Assembly (NCBI GenBank): GCA_963695545.1
Contig: OY968796.1
Location: 3,072,001 to 3,136,000, forward strand
DNA: 64,000 nt
Direction of reading: 5' to 3'
Source of the DNA: Terriglobia bacterium
Lineage (GTDB): Bacteria; Acidobacteriota; Terriglobia; Acidiferrales; UBA7541
This document shows positions 17,862-28,930 of this stretch, piece by piece. Made by a program: the position numbers and the translations under genes. The notes beneath the pieces were generated by a model, which was not told the DNA's origin, did no database searches, and was given only the letters and a program-made list of their open reading frames with translations. Positions within the stretch are counted from its first letter, which is position 1, and the number at the start of each line of letters is the position of its first letter.

Positions 17862-19706
17862 TCAGTGCGCGCGGAAATAGGCCGCGAGGCGCTCGGCTTG
17901 TGGACGCGTGATGACTTTGGCCAGATCGGCGGGTGCGGCGGCGCGGACTCGGGCAACGCTGCCGAAGCGCGCGAGAAGTTTGCGCGCGCTTGCGGCGCCG
18001 ATGCCGGGGACGTCTTCGAGTTCGGAGTGGAGCGTGCGTTTCGCGCGGCGCTGTCTGTGGAAGCCGACCGCGAAGCGATGAGTTTCGTCGCGGATTTGCT
18101 GCACGAGATGCAGGATCGGCGAGTGGTGATCGAGGCGCACCGGCTCGTCTTCTTGTCCGAGAACGTAGAGGATTTCTTCCTGTTTGGCGATGGCCGCGAC
18201 CGGCTGGTTGATGATGGCGAGATCGTCGAGCGCGGCTGCGGCGGCGTGGAGTTGGCCGATGCCGCCGTCGATGACGATCAGGCTGGGGAAGGGTTTGTTT
18301 TCTTCCTGCAGGCGGCGATAGCGGCGCGTGACGGCTTCGCGCATGGAAGCGAAATCGTCGTTTGAAGCACCGCGCTCCGCGCGTTCCGATCCCGATTCCC
18401 CACGGATGATAAATTTGCGGTAATCCGATTTTTTTAGACGGCCTTTTTCCCACACGACCATTGAGGCTACGGTGTCCGATCCCTGGATATGCGAAATGTC
18501 GAAGCTCTCGATGCGCTCGGGCGTTTCGGGCAAGTTGAGCGTCTGCTCAAGCGCTTCGGCGATGGCCTTGGGGTTGGGCGTTTGCACGCGGAAGCGCTGC
18601 TCGAAAGAATGGCGGGCGTTTTTTTCGACCAGCTCGACCACGGCGCGTTTCTGGCCGCGCTGCGGAACGAGAATTTCTACGCGCGAACGCGGCGGCGAAA
18701 GGTGCGCGGCGCGCTCGGTGAGAATTTGCTCGAGCAGGGCGCGGTCCTCGAAATCTTCGGGGACGTGAATGAAGCGCGGGAGATACGCAGCGTCGAGATA
18801 GAGCTGCTTGAGAAGAGAGGGCAGAAATTCGGCGGGATTGAATACGACTAAATCTTCCCAATAGAAATCACGGCGGTCGACGACGCGGCCGCCACGAAAG
18901 TGAAAAAGATTCACGGCCACCTGGGGCGGCTCAGCGTACCAGGCGAGAGCGTCGGTGTCGTCGCCGGAAGCGGCGGCCATTTTCTGGCGCTCGTCGATAT
19001 CTTCGAGCGTGCGCAGGAGATCGCGATACTGGGCGGCTTGCTCGAAGCGCTCCTCTTTCGAGGCTTCGCCCATGCGCTGTTCGAGGCTGCGCGCCAAATC
19101 CTGGCGGCGGCCTTCGAGGAAAAGTCGCGCGTCGCGCGCGGTTTCTCCGTAGCGCTCGTCGGTGACGAGGCCGGGGACGCAGGGGCCGAGGCAGCGGTGA
19201 ATGTAATACTGCAGGCAGGGGCGCGGGTGGGGGCGTGTGAGGTCAACCGTGCAGGACGGGACGCGGAAACGCTTGTGAATGAAATGAACGATGCGATACG
19301 CGAGGCCGGCGGGGAAATACGGGCCGAAATAAATCGAGCCGTCTTTCTTGAGACGGCGCGTGACGTAGACGCGGGGGAATTTCTCAAACGCGGTGAAACG
19401 GATATAGGGATAGGTCTTGTCGTCGCGCAGCAGGATGTTGAATTTCGGCTGGTGCTCCTTGATGAGATTATTTTCGAGCGCCAGGGCTTCGCGTTCGTTG
19501 TCGACCACGATGAACTCGACGTCGGCGATTTCGCGGACCAGGGAGCCAGTTTTCGCGTCGGTCCAATGCGATTCGAGGAAGTAGGATTTCACGCGCTGGC
19601 GTAATTCGCGTGCTTTGCCGATGTAGAGAATTGTGCCGGTGACGTCCTTGAACAGGTAGACGCCCGGATCGTTGGGGAGGTTGGCGACTTTTTCGGAGAG
19701 ATCCAT
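17862..19706 (-). CDS. uvrC: Excinuclease ABC subunit C
   Basis: GIY-YIG (PGVYLFKD..LYIGKA..LR.RV.SYF), Cys cluster PCLQYYIHRCLGPC, UVR domain, IESFDISH, IDGG.GQ, RDETHRFA, HhH VPGIG. Confidence 0.97.
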   Translation of the reverse strand: MDLSEKVANLPNDPGVYLFKDVTGTILYIGKARELRQRVKSYFLESHWTDAKTGSLVREIADVEFIVVDNEREALALENNLIKEHQPKFNILLRDDKTYPYIRFTAFEKFPRVYVTRRLKKDGSIYFGPYFPAGLAYRIVHFIHKRFRVPSCTVDLTRPHPRPCLQYYIHRCLGPCVPGLVTDERYGETARDARLFLEGRRQDLARSLEQRMGEASKEERFEQAAQYRDLLRTLEDIDERQKMAAASGDDTDALAWYAEPPQVAVNLFHFRGGRVVDRRDFYWEDLVVFNPAEFLPSLLKQLYLDAAYLPRFIHVPEDFEDRALLEQILTERAAHLSPPRSRVEILVPQRGQKRAVVELVEKNARHSFEQRFRVQTPNPKAIAEALEQTLNLPETPERIESFDISHIQGSDTVASMVVWEKGRLKKSDYRKFIIRGESGSERAERGASNDDFASMREAVTRRYRRLQEENKPFPSLIVIDGGIGQLHAAAAALDDLAIINQPVAAIAKQEEILYVLGQEDEPVRLDHHSPILHLVQQIRDETHRFAVGFHRQRRAKRTLHSELEDVPGIGAASARKLLARFGSVARVRAAAPADLAKVITRPQAERLAAYFRAH

Positions 19707-19802
19707 TTAGGCGATGCGCCCCGCGCTGGCGTTTAAAGCGATGCGCTCCGCGCAGAGCGGCGCGGTAGAATCTAGGGCTCGGACGGCGCGAGCAGGGCAA
19801 CA

Positions 19803-20351
19803 TTGATGATAGCAGAGGGAATCAAATCCTTGGTGAGCGTGCGCAATCGCAAGAGAGTGCTGATCACATTTCTCTTGGGAATGTGCGCGTTCGGACTCGG
19901 CGCGGTTTCGGCCGCAGCGCAGGTCGATGCTACGCACCCACCGCCGCCACCCCCGTCGCAGGACGTGGTGCCTCCTGCAGATTCGTCAAAGGGAGCACCG
20001 CCGCCTGGTGCGGATGTTCCGGCTTCGGCGACAGCGCGGGCTCCGGCGACACCTGTTTTTGACCCGTTGCACGCGGAGAAGAGCCTGGAAGTGGGCGAAT
20101 ACTATTTGAAGTCCGGCGATTATCCGGCGGCGATCGATCGCTTCAAGGAAGCCATCGGCTATCAATCGAATTTGGCGGTGCCGTGGGATTTGCTGGGGCA
20201 GGCTTGCGAAAAAGAGCACGAGCGAGAAGACGCGCTAACGGCGTACCGGAAGTATCTTTCGATGGTTCCCGACGGCAAAGAATCGGATCGAGTGCGCAAG
20301 CGCGTGGAGAAGTTGCAAGCGGACATCGCGCACGACGCGGGAAAGCCATAG
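19803..20351 (+). CDS. Exported TPR protein with Pro-rich linker (start uncertain)
   Basis: Signal-like hydrophobic stretch; AEKSLEVGEYYLK.GDY.AAIDRF.EA TPR helices. Confidence 0.7.
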   Translation: MMIAEGIKSLVSVRNRKRVLITFLLGMCAFGLGAVSAAAQVDATHPPPPPPSQDVVPPADSSKGAPPPGADVPASATARAPATPVFDPLHAEKSLEVGEYYLKSGDYPAAIDRFKEAIGYQSNLAVPWDLLGQACEKEHEREDALTAYRKYLSMVPDGKESDRVRKRVEKLQADIAHDAGKP

Positions 20352-20393
20352 AAGCGATAGATAGAGTATTTGTCGCTTGCAGCGCCTGTGGCT

Positions 20394-21176
20394 TTAGCGC
20401 ATGTGTTTTAGATAACGGCGGGCGCGCTCGTAGTGCAGATAACGTTTTTCTTCGCGGCGAAATTCCAACGAATGAATCTCCAGGCCGCAGCGCGCCACGC
20501 GCAGCGGATGTTTCACGTGCAACATTTCGTGGAAGAGGATCGATTCCACAACGTACTGCGGCGTGCCGGGACGATCCAGACGCGCGTTGAGAACGATTAA
20601 GTCCAAGCCGGGATCGAAGCAGCCGAGTTGGCGGCGCCAAATTCGCGCGCTCCACGCGAGGCCGGGGCGATGCAGGCGTCCCGCGAAATAGCGCTGGTTG
20701 AGCGCGGCGAAAAGCGGAGCGAGATCGTGCGTTTGTCCGCGCGCGGGCAACGTGGGGCGGCGGGCGCGATTCTGGCGCAGGCGGCGAATGCGGCGCTCGG
20801 TGGATGGCGCGGCGGAAAATTGGCGATAGAGGTGAAGCAACTCGTGCGGAACGCGTTTGCGGTAAAGGCGCCCGAGCAGGACCGCGGCGGTGGCTTCGAT
20901 CACGCCGAGCGGCGCGCCGCGCAGAACGTCGGAAAGGCGCGCGGTCGCGTCGTCATCGCGCAGACGAATGGTGTGAGATAAATTCGCGTAGGGATAGAAC
21001 TCGACGGCAAATTGCGGCGGGCGGCCTTGGCAGCCGAGCCGCGTGAACATGCGCTGAAACGCGAGCGCGCCGCCGGGCACCGCGGCTGTTACGCTGACTC
21101 GCGTGGCTCGGCCGCTTTGCCGGAGGCACGCGGTGGCTGGAGCGTGCGGGACAAACATGGAGTTCGGCTCGATCAC
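20394..21176 (-). CDS. SprT-like / zincin metalloprotease (start uncertain)
   Basis: LF..LN.RYF.G.L..P.L.WS, YVVESILFHEMLH (HExxH), IH..EFR. Confidence 0.8.
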   Translation of the reverse strand: MIEPNSMFVPHAPATACLRQSGRATRVSVTAAVPGGALAFQRMFTRLGCQGRPPQFAVEFYPYANLSHTIRLRDDDATARLSDVLRGAPLGVIEATAAVLLGRLYRKRVPHELLHLYRQFSAAPSTERRIRRLRQNRARRPTLPARGQTHDLAPLFAALNQRYFAGRLHRPGLAWSARIWRRQLGCFDPGLDLIVLNARLDRPGTPQYVVESILFHEMLHVKHPLRVARCGLEIHSLEFRREEKRYLHYERARRYLKHMR

Positions 21177-21724
21177 GGTTTGCGCCGGATCGGGGCCGTG
21201 GAATCCGTCTTCTCGGCGTCGTCGAGATCGGACATGGCGTCTTTGGTGGCCTCGATCGCGTCTTCGAGATTGTCTTTGTAGTCGTCGAGAAGAGGGGAGT
21301 TGGGTTCGAGGCCTTGCAGGTACGGCAGAAAATCCTTGGCGCGCGCGTCAAAAATCTTCATGGCGTCGTGAACGTCCTGTTGTTTATCGACGGCCACGCC
21401 GACAAGTTCGTCGCCATCGTCAACGCAACCGGAATAAGCGTTTAACAGATCGTTGATGCGTTCGCCTTGGCGGCGATCGGCGGGATCCAGATGCGCCAGC
21501 TCGTATTTAATTTTCTGAACGCGATCGCCGGCGAAGTCGACGAAAAGTTTGATCTTTGCGGAATAGGTGAAAGCGTCGCGAATCTTGTCGGCCTCATCGT
21601 CGGTCAGATAGTCTTTCTTTGACTCTTGCGGCTGCGGCGTGGCGTCAGCAGAGCGGGGCGCGACAACGGGCGCGAGGAGCGCAGCGCACAACAGCCATCC
21701 GCACAGCCGCCGATTGGTTCGCAT
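21173..21724 (-). CDS. Hypothetical exported helical protein
   Basis: Signal peptide from ATG 21724 after a GGAG RBS; acidic helical body; stop overlaps the next start (GTGA). Confidence 0.7.
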   Translation of the reverse strand: MRTNRRLCGWLLCAALLAPVVAPRSADATPQPQESKKDYLTDDEADKIRDAFTYSAKIKLFVDFAGDRVQKIKYELAHLDPADRRQGERINDLLNAYSGCVDDGDELVGVAVDKQQDVHDAMKIFDARAKDFLPYLQGLEPNSPLLDDYKDNLEDAIEATKDAMSDLDDAEKTDSTAPIRRKP

Positions 21725-21750
21725 CGCTCGCCTATTCTCCCCGCATTTGA

Positions 21751-22275
21751 TCATGACGGCGCACGATTTTTTGTTTTGTGCTGCTGGTGCGGAAACAGCA
21801 GGTCGATCAACTCGTTCTGCGAATCGACCAGGTCCGAGCGCACCGCGCGGAACCACGGATGCTTGTCGGTTGGCAGGATTAGGAGAATGCCGTCCATTTG
21901 GCGCACAGCCTCGCGCAGCGCGATCTGAAGTTCCTTGAATCCGGCCGGATGATCCTGAGCGTGGCCGCTTAGGGATTGGAGCGCCGCGATGGTCGTTTTG
22001 GTCTCGTCGCGAAAGCGCTGGAGCTGCGCGAGAGAGCCAACGTCGTCGCCATTTTCGAGCGTTTCGCGGGCTTCGGCGAATACTCCGGGCTCAAGCTTGG
22101 CGAGTGCTTTGGCCTTGGCCACGGGATCGGGAGCGCGGTCGTAAGCGGTTTGGGCCGCGGCGAGGCGCTCGGCCGGAGAAGTCGCGGTCGGCGCCGGAAG
22201 CGCGGCGCGCGCCGCGAAGGACGGCGTTGCGAAGAGCGCCAGGCACAGCATCGGGAGGCTCGAACGCCACGACAT
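21751..22275 (-). CDS. Hypothetical exported helical protein
   Basis: Signal peptide MSWRSSLPMLCLALFATPSFA; starts 1 nt after the stop of the TPR gene. Confidence 0.7.
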   Translation of the reverse strand: MSWRSSLPMLCLALFATPSFAARAALPAPTATSPAERLAAAQTAYDRAPDPVAKAKALAKLEPGVFAEARETLENGDDVGSLAQLQRFRDETKTTIAALQSLSGHAQDHPAGFKELQIALREAVRQMDGILLILPTDKHPWFRAVRSDLVDSQNELIDLLFPHQQHKTKNRAPS

Positions 22276-22276
22276 G

Positions 22277-23602
22277 CTACTGCCTCTTGTTGTTCATCTC
22301 GCGTTGCAAGGCCAGAATTCTTTGCCGCGCCTGGAAATCCTGGGTGTCGTGGCTTCCCTGGTCGAGGTCGAGATATTTCTGGTACGCGGCAATAGCCTCG
22401 GGCTTCTGGCCAAGTTTATCGTAACAAGTGCCGCGCACAAACCACGCGACCGTCTTGAGCGGTTCGCGCGTGGAAAGACGATCGAGCGTCGAGAGCGCTT
22501 CGGGGCACGCGCCGCCGAGATAGTAAGCGTCCACAAGATCGCGCAGCGGATCAACGGCGGTGCCATCGAGATCGAGCGATTTATTGAGCGCGGCGGCGGA
22601 CTCAGGGAATTGGCGCAGTTCGAGAAGGCAACGGCCGAGCCAGGCATAAAGATCGGGATCGGCGGGCGAAAGCGGAATGGCTTTTTGCAAGGCCGTCGCG
22701 GCGTCCTTCCAATTGCTCTGTTGCATATAGATGCCGGCTCGCATTTTTAGGGTGTTCGCGTCCGGCGGGGCCGCGGCGTCGGCACGATCGAGTTCGGCGA
22801 GCGCGGGGTCGAATTGGTTGGTCTGCATCAGGGCATAGGCGCGGTCGGTGCGCGCGGCGCGATCGTCGGGGCGCAATTTCAGGTAAACCGCGAGGACATC
22901 GGCGGCGTCGCCATATTTTTTCTGCGCCTCGAGCGATTGCGCGAGTCCCAATTGCGCTGGAGCGGAATCGGGTTTGAGCGCGACGGCGCGGCGGAATTCA
23001 GTTTCGGCTTCGGCCGTGCGATTTAGCAGCACCAGCGCGCGCGCGAGGCCGAAAGCGATTTCATAATCACCGGGCGCAAGCAGCGCGGCCCTTTTATACT
23101 GCACGACTGCGTCGTCGAGTTTGCCGCTGCGTTCCAGCGCGAAGCCGTAGAGGAAGCGCGGGCGGCTGTCAGTTGGCGTGAGGTCCGCGGCGGACGAGAA
23201 GGAATTTGCGGCGGCGGCCGGATCGGAATCGAGGAGCAGGAGGCCGAGATTCAAGTGCGCTTCGGCCATCTTCGGATTGATGATGATCGCGCGGTTGAAT
23301 TCCGATTTGGCGTCGTCGTCGTGCTTCAGTTGCGCATCGGCGTAGCCAAGCTCGAAATGGGCGTAAGCGGAATCAGGGTAGCGCGCGATGTATTGCTGAA
23401 GCGGCGCAATGGCCGCTGCGTAATCGCCGCGATTGATGGCGTCCTGCGCTTCCTGCAACACCGACGCCAGAGGATCGGCGTGCGTGCGCGGCGTTGGCGC
23501 CGCGGATTTTTGTGGCGTCGAGCTTTGCGCGCGGCCTGTGGCGGCGAAGGATGCCGAGGCAAGCGCGGCAAGAAGCAGCACGATGGCGGGGCGAATATTC
23601 AT
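22277..23602 (-). CDS. Exported multi-TPR protein
   Basis: Signal peptide; repeated TPR units (AHFELGY, AHLNLGL, FLYGFAL, FGLARAL, LGLAQSL). Confidence 0.88.
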   Translation of the reverse strand: MNIRPAIVLLLAALASASFAATGRAQSSTPQKSAAPTPRTHADPLASVLQEAQDAINRGDYAAAIAPLQQYIARYPDSAYAHFELGYADAQLKHDDDAKSEFNRAIIINPKMAEAHLNLGLLLLDSDPAAAANSFSSAADLTPTDSRPRFLYGFALERSGKLDDAVVQYKRAALLAPGDYEIAFGLARALVLLNRTAEAETEFRRAVALKPDSAPAQLGLAQSLEAQKKYGDAADVLAVYLKLRPDDRAARTDRAYALMQTNQFDPALAELDRADAAAPPDANTLKMRAGIYMQQSNWKDAATALQKAIPLSPADPDLYAWLGRCLLELRQFPESAAALNKSLDLDGTAVDPLRDLVDAYYLGGACPEALSTLDRLSTREPLKTVAWFVRGTCYDKLGQKPEAIAAYQKYLDLDQGSHDTQDFQARQRILALQREMNNKRQ

Positions 23603-23659
23603 TGGCGTGAGTTTACTCGGTTAGCATGATTCATGATTCGGCGGGATCGTTGCTTCTGA

Positions 23660-26600
23660 TTATTTCTTGCGAACCGGGCGAGCGGAGGATTTTGCGGCTC
23701 GGGCAGCCGGTTTCGCGGCACGCGCGGCCGAATTCTCGGCGACGGCGGCGGGGGCAGCGTGCGCGGCATTGCCGTTCTGGCCCGCATGATTGTTTGCGAG
23801 AACCTTCGCGAGGTAACGGCCAGTGTGCGAGTGCGGATTACGCGCCACTTGCTCCGGCGTGCCGGTGGCGACCACTTGTCCGCCGCGATCTCCGCCTTCG
23901 GGGCCGAGGTCAATGACCCAATCGGCGGATTTGATTACGTCGAGATTGTGTTCGATGACGAAGAGCGAAGCGCCAGTGTCGAGCAGTTTTCTGAAAACCA
24001 CCAGCAACTTCTGAATATCGTCGAAGTGCAGGCCCGTGGTGGGTTCATCGAGAATGTAGAGCACGCCCTGATTCGCCTGGCGCGCCAGATGCGCGGCGAG
24101 TTTCAGGCGCTGCGATTCGCCGCCAGAAAGTGTGGTGGCCGATTGGCCCAGGCGCAGATAGCCCAAGCCAACTTCGTCGAGCACTTTGAGGCGCGAGACG
24201 ATGCGCGGCAGGCCCGCGAAAAATCCGAGCGCTTCGCGCACAGTGAGCTGCAGCACTTCGTGAATGTTCTTCTCGCGGAAGCGCACTTCGAGAACGCCGC
24301 TTTTGAAGCGCGTGCCGCGGCATTCTTCGCACACCAGCTCGACATCCGCCAAAAATTGCATTTCCACGGTGACCGTGCCGTCGCCCTGGCAGGCTTCGCA
24401 GCGGCCGCCGGGAATGTTGAACGAAAAATGGCCGGGCGAATAGCCGCGCTTCTTAGCTTCGGGCGTGCGGGCAAAAACGTCGCGGATCGCGTCGAATGCT
24501 TTGAGATACGTGGCCGGATTCGAGCGCGGCGTGCGGCCGATGGGCGATTGGTCAACCAGCACGACTTCCTTGATTTGCGCGTCGCCTTCGATGCGGTCGA
24601 AAGCATCGCGGAGCGTTTTCTGGACCTCGGCTCCGCTGTGGCGAGCGCCCAGACCGCGGTAGAGCACGTCGTGAACCAGCGTGGATTTGCCGGAGCCGGA
24701 AACTCCGGTGATGGCCACGAGGCTGCCGAGCGGAATCATTAAGTCGAGATTCTGCAGATTGTGCGCGCGGGCGCCGAAGACGCGAAGGAAGCGTCCGTTC
24801 GGCTTGCGGCGCACGGTGGGAACGGGAATGCGCAGCTCGCCGGACAAATATTTCGCAGTGAGCGAATGATCTTGTCCGGCAGCGAGTTCGGGGATTGTGC
24901 CCGCGAAGACGATGCGCCCGCCGTGCTCGCCCGCGCCGGGGCCGAGATCGAGAAGATAATCGGCGGCAGCGATGGTGTCGGGATCGTGCTCGACGACGAG
25001 GATGGTGTTGCCGAGATCGCGCAGACTTTTCAGGATGGCGATGAGCCGATGCGTATCTCGCGGATGAAGGCCGATCGAAGGCTCATCGAGAAGATAGAGC
25101 GCGCCGACCAGGCGCGAGCCGAGGGACGTGGCGAGCTGGATGCGCTGCGCTTCGCCGCCGGACAGCGTCGAGGTGAGGCGATCGAGCGTGAGGTAATCGA
25201 GGCCGACTTCGTCGAGATAGGCGAGGCGGTGGCGAATTTCCTCGAGAATCTTTTCGGCGATGTGCGCTTCGGCCGGGCCCAATTCGATGGAGCCGAAAAA
25301 TTGGCGCGCCTCAGCCACGGTGATCGCGCAAACTTCGTGGATGGGCTTGCCGGCCAGGCGCACGGCGCGCGCTTCGGGGCGCAGTCGCGTGCCGTTGCAT
25401 TCGGGGCAGGTAGCGTAACCGCGATATCGGCTGAGGAAAACGCGCACGTGCAATTTATATTTTTTTCGCTCGAGCCACTGAAAGAAACCTTGCACGCCGA
25501 TGTAACCGGATTTCTTGTCGCCCGCGATGATGGCTTCCTGCTGCGCGGCGCTTAGATCGCGGAAGGGAACGTCGAGCGGAATGCCAGTGGCGCGCGCATA
25601 GCGTTTGAGTTCCTGCCACGGGCCGCGATAGCGTGGCTTGGTCCACGGCTCGACGGGGCACTCGTTGATCGTTTTGCCGCGGTCGGGAATCACGAGGTCG
25701 ATATCGAAGTCGATGGTGTTGCCGAAGCCCTGACAGCGAGCGCACGCGCCAAAGGGATTGTTGAACGAAAACAAGCGCGGCTCTGGTTCGGCGTAGATGG
25801 CGCCGCATTTTTTGCACTCGAAGCGCTCGCTGAAGACCACGCGTTCCGCCATGCCGCCCGGTTCGGCGGGGACGAATTCCAAATGCGTCTCGCCTTTGCC
25901 CTCGCGATAGCAGATTTCAACCGAATCGACCAAGCGCGCGCGCACGTCGGGCGAAACCGCCAGACGATCGACCAGCACATAGACCGGCTTGCTGAAATCG
26001 AGATCGAGAAGCGACTCCGGCGAGGAAAATTCGTGCACGCGGCCGTCTTGATAGAGGCGATTGAAGCCGCGTTTTTGCACGGCGGCTAACGCTTCGCGGA
26101 GCGCGTCGTTTGGCGGCGCCGCGGTTTGCGGCTGCGGCTTGGCGCCCTTGCGTTTTGCGGCCGCAGCCGGAGCGGCGGCAATTTGGAGCGCGTAGAGGAC
26201 GTAGAAGCGCCGCCCTTCGGGGAATTGCAACACGCGCGCGACAATTTCGTCGATCGAATCGCGGCGCACTTGCTCGCCGCAAATTGTGCAGAAGGTGCGG
26301 CCGGCGCGCGCGTAGAGCAGACGAAGGTAATCGTAGATTTCCGTCGCGGTCGCGACGGTCGAGCGCGGATTGCGCGTGGAATTGCGCTGGCGGATGGCGA
26401 TGGCCGGAGCGATGCCGGTGATTTCGTCGACATCGGGCTTTTCGATGCGCTCGAGGAATTGGCGGGCGTAGGCCGAAAGAGATTCCAGATAGCGGCGCTG
26501 CCCCTCGGCATAAATCGTGTCAAAGGCCAGCGAAGATTTTCCGGAGCCGGAAACGCCGGTGACCACGGTGATAGCGTTGTGCGGAATCTCGCAACTGACG

Positions 26601-26698
26601 TTCTTGAGGTTATGGACGCGCGCGCCCCGCACACGAAGGACGTCCCGCTCGGCGGGAGACGCGATTTCCTGGACCGGCGCGGTATCTGGCGATTTCAA
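23660..26698 (-). CDS. uvrA: Excinuclease ABC subunit A
   Basis: Two ABC ATPase modules (GVSGSGKSS / [17 protein letters not shown] / [12 protein letters not shown]), zinc fingers, GARVHNLKN. Confidence 0.97.
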   Translation of the reverse strand: MKSPDTAPVQEIASPAERDVLRVRGARVHNLKNVSCEIPHNAITVVTGVSGSGKSSLAFDTIYAEGQRRYLESLSAYARQFLERIEKPDVDEITGIAPAIAIRQRNSTRNPRSTVATATEIYDYLRLLYARAGRTFCTICGEQVRRDSIDEIVARVLQFPEGRRFYVLYALQIAAAPAAAAKRKGAKPQPQTAAPPNDALREALAAVQKRGFNRLYQDGRVHEFSSPESLLDLDFSKPVYVLVDRLAVSPDVRARLVDSVEICYREGKGETHLEFVPAEPGGMAERVVFSERFECKKCGAIYAEPEPRLFSFNNPFGACARCQGFGNTIDFDIDLVIPDRGKTINECPVEPWTKPRYRGPWQELKRYARATGIPLDVPFRDLSAAQQEAIIAGDKKSGYIGVQGFFQWLERKKYKLHVRVFLSRYRGYATCPECNGTRLRPEARAVRLAGKPIHEVCAITVAEARQFFGSIELGPAEAHIAEKILEEIRHRLAYLDEVGLDYLTLDRLTSTLSGGEAQRIQLATSLGSRLVGALYLLDEPSIGLHPRDTHRLIAILKSLRDLGNTILVVEHDPDTIAAADYLLDLGPGAGEHGGRIVFAGTIPELAAGQDHSLTAKYLSGELRIPVPTVRRKPNGRFLRVFGARAHNLQNLDLMIPLGSLVAITGVSGSGKSTLVHDVLYRGLGARHSGAEVQKTLRDAFDRIEGDAQIKEVVLVDQSPIGRTPRSNPATYLKAFDAIRDVFARTPEAKKRGYSPGHFSFNIPGGRCEACQGDGTVTVEMQFLADVELVCEECRGTRFKSGVLEVRFREKNIHEVLQLTVREALGFFAGLPRIVSRLKVLDEVGLGYLRLGQSATTLSGGESQRLKLAAHLARQANQGVLYILDEPTTGLHFDDIQKLLVVFRKLLDTGASLFVIEHNLDVIKSADWVIDLGPEGGDRGGQVVATGTPEQVARNPHSHTGRYLAKVLANNHAGQNGNAAHAAPAAVAENSAARAAKPAARAAKSSARPVRKK

Positions 26699-26794
26699 CC
26701 TCGGGTCTCCCTACGGGCGCGGTTCGAGCGCACTGCTTAAACAAACAATTATACGTCGGCGCGTGCGCCGCGGCAATTGGGGTGTAGGGACGGT

Positions 26795-27097
26795 TTAGTT
26801 CGAGAATTTCGGCAATTCGCAGTGGAGGCAACGGCTGGCAAAAACATTGTGGTAATAGGCCGCCGCGAAAAATAGTTCTCCACAACGGGGGCAGCGAAAT
26901 CTCTGCAAGCGAAATGCAGCCACGACGAACAGCAGCGTGCAGACGATCTCGAGCGCAACGCACGGAGCGAGATTGCGGCGCAGGGCGTCGCTAAAGCAGA
27001 TGAATAGAATGACGATCGAGGCTTGAGCGAACAAGGCCAAGTAGAATTGGTTCCTGAGCCGCTTGTAACTATCCCAGCTTTGTTGGTAATCGCTCAT
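26795..27097 (-). CDS. Small membrane protein with C-terminal zinc ribbon
   Basis: Two hydrophobic helices, then CPRCG...CLHC; start placed at ATG 27097. Confidence 0.6.
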   Translation of the reverse strand: MSDYQQSWDSYKRLRNQFYLALFAQASIVILFICFSDALRRNLAPCVALEIVCTLLFVVAAFRLQRFRCPRCGELFFAAAYYHNVFASRCLHCELPKFSN

Positions 27098-27327
27098 AAT
27101 ATCCAGGCCAGCGCGTCGAGAATTGGTGGCGCTTACCCATTGTCCCTTGAAAGTACCGCCTGCTTGCGAATATCGCGCGCGCCTATCGCTAAAATCGAAC
27201 TGGCCCTTGGGCCGGGCGCCCCGGCATAGCTCGATCGAGCTTTGGGTAATGGCGCCGGCACGGAATTTACGCGACGGCGAATGTGATAGATTCAGGAGCC
27301 GCGAGCAGGGAAGCGCGGGAATAACGA

Positions 27328-28509
27328 ATGCCACCGTTTGATCGCGTCATCTGGATCGTGCTCGACAGCGTAGGGATCGGCGCGCTGCCTGACGCCGCCG
27401 ATTACGGCGACGTGGGCCGCAACACGCTCGGGCACGTCGCGGAGTCGCGGCCGCTACACCTGGACAATCTCGTTCGCATGGGCTTGGCCAATATCGCGCC
27501 ACTCGCGCATTTGACGCCACCCGCGCAGCCAATCGGCTGCTATGGCAAGGGCGCAACGCATTCACCGGGAAAAGATACGACCACGGGTCACTGGGAAATG
27601 GCGGGCATCTGGCTCGCGCAGGCGTTTCCCGTTTACCCGCACGGCTTTCCGCGGGAGGTAATGATTCCGTTCGAGCGCGCCATCGGCCGCAAGACACTGG
27701 GCAACAAGCCCGCATCCGGCACGGAAATTATCAAAGAACTCGGCGAAGAGCACATGCGCACGGGTTTTCCGATCGTCTACACGTCGGGCGATAGCGTGTT
27801 TCAGATCGCGACGCACGAAGAAGTAATCCCGAACGCCGAGCTTTATCGCATGTGCGAGATCGCGCGGAAAATTCTCGACGGGCCGAATCGCGTGGGGCGC
27901 GTGATCGCGCGGCCGTTCACCGGAACGCCCGGGAATTTTCGCCGCACCGCGGGCCGCCACGATTACGCCGTGCCGCCGCCGCGACCGATGCTGCTCGACG
28001 TGCTCGGCGAGCGCGGAGTGCCGGTGTTCGGCGTCGGCAAGATTCACGATATTTACAACGGGCGCGGCGTGGACCATTACGTGATGACCAAAAGCAACGC
28101 CGACGGCGTGGAGAAACTGGAACAAGAGATGACGCAGCAGGATCGCGGACTAATTTTCTGCAACCTTGTGGATTTCGACATGCTGTATGGCCATCGCAAG
28201 GACGTGGAAGGTTTTGCGCGGTCACTCGAGGAATTTGACGTGGGCCTCGGGAAGCTGCTCACGCTCCTGAAACCGCGCGATCTGCTGATGCTCACCGCCG
28301 ATCACGGTTGCGATCCCGATCCTCGCTGGCCCACCACGGATCATTCGCGTGAATACGTGCCGATCGTGACGTTCAGTCCGGCAGGGAAGCACGGCGTCGC
28401 GCTCGGCGTGCGCGATACGCTCGCGGACATGGGCCAAACCGTCGCGCAGAATTTCGGCGGCACGATCCCGCACGGCACGAGTTTTCTCTCGGCTCTTGCC
28501 AATCCCTGA
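27328..28509 (+). CDS. deoB: Phosphopentomutase
   Basis: [73 protein letters not shown]. Confidence 0.96.
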   Translation: MPPFDRVIWIVLDSVGIGALPDAADYGDVGRNTLGHVAESRPLHLDNLVRMGLANIAPLAHLTPPAQPIGCYGKGATHSPGKDTTTGHWEMAGIWLAQAFPVYPHGFPREVMIPFERAIGRKTLGNKPASGTEIIKELGEEHMRTGFPIVYTSGDSVFQIATHEEVIPNAELYRMCEIARKILDGPNRVGRVIARPFTGTPGNFRRTAGRHDYAVPPPRPMLLDVLGERGVPVFGVGKIHDIYNGRGVDHYVMTKSNADGVEKLEQEMTQQDRGLIFCNLVDFDMLYGHRKDVEGFARSLEEFDVGLGKLLTLLKPRDLLMLTADHGCDPDPRWPTTDHSREYVPIVTFSPAGKHGVALGVRDTLADMGQTVAQNFGGTIPHGTSFLSALANP

Positions 28510-28539
28510 ACGTAGCGGTAGCGAGTCGGTGGTGACGAG

Positions 28540-28881
28540 ATGGGGCATTACTCGAGCTGGTACGCGCTCGTCGCGTGTTTCGTAGTTCTGGTTCCGCTAT
28601 TGGTGCTTGCGCGGGGAAGGCCTGTCGGGCATAAGTTCGCGTGGATCATTTTGAGCATCAGCGCCGTCCTTTTGATGGCCGCGTTCTTTCCCGTGGTCAG
28701 GCCGAGTCTACTTGGCAGCGACTACAACAATCGGCTTTATACACTCGTAGCTGCGAACTTGTTTGCAGACGTTATTCTCGACGTCTATCTCGCGATTACC
28801 CGCAGGTGGATATCGGTTATTGCGGCAACCACGCTTGCTCTCGCTTGGTTATGGGTCGCTGCCATGAGTTCCGCTGCATAG
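28540..28881 (+). CDS. Hypothetical 4-TM membrane protein
   Basis: Four hydrophobic segments; fills the gap between deoB and the VWA gene. Confidence 0.55.
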   Translation: MGHYSSWYALVACFVVLVPLLVLARGRPVGHKFAWIILSISAVLLMAAFFPVVRPSLLGSDYNNRLYTLVAANLFADVILDVYLAITRRWISVIAATTLALAWLWVAAMSSAA

Positions 28882-28930
28882 CTGCGGGCGGAATGAGTAC
28901 TAGCGAGGAATCTGATGCGCGATACCCACG

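Noticed and set aside
26699..26795. LexA box upstream of uvrA (uvrC upstream also checked)
   Set aside because: No GTTC-N7-GTTC or CTGT-N8-ACAG match found by eye.
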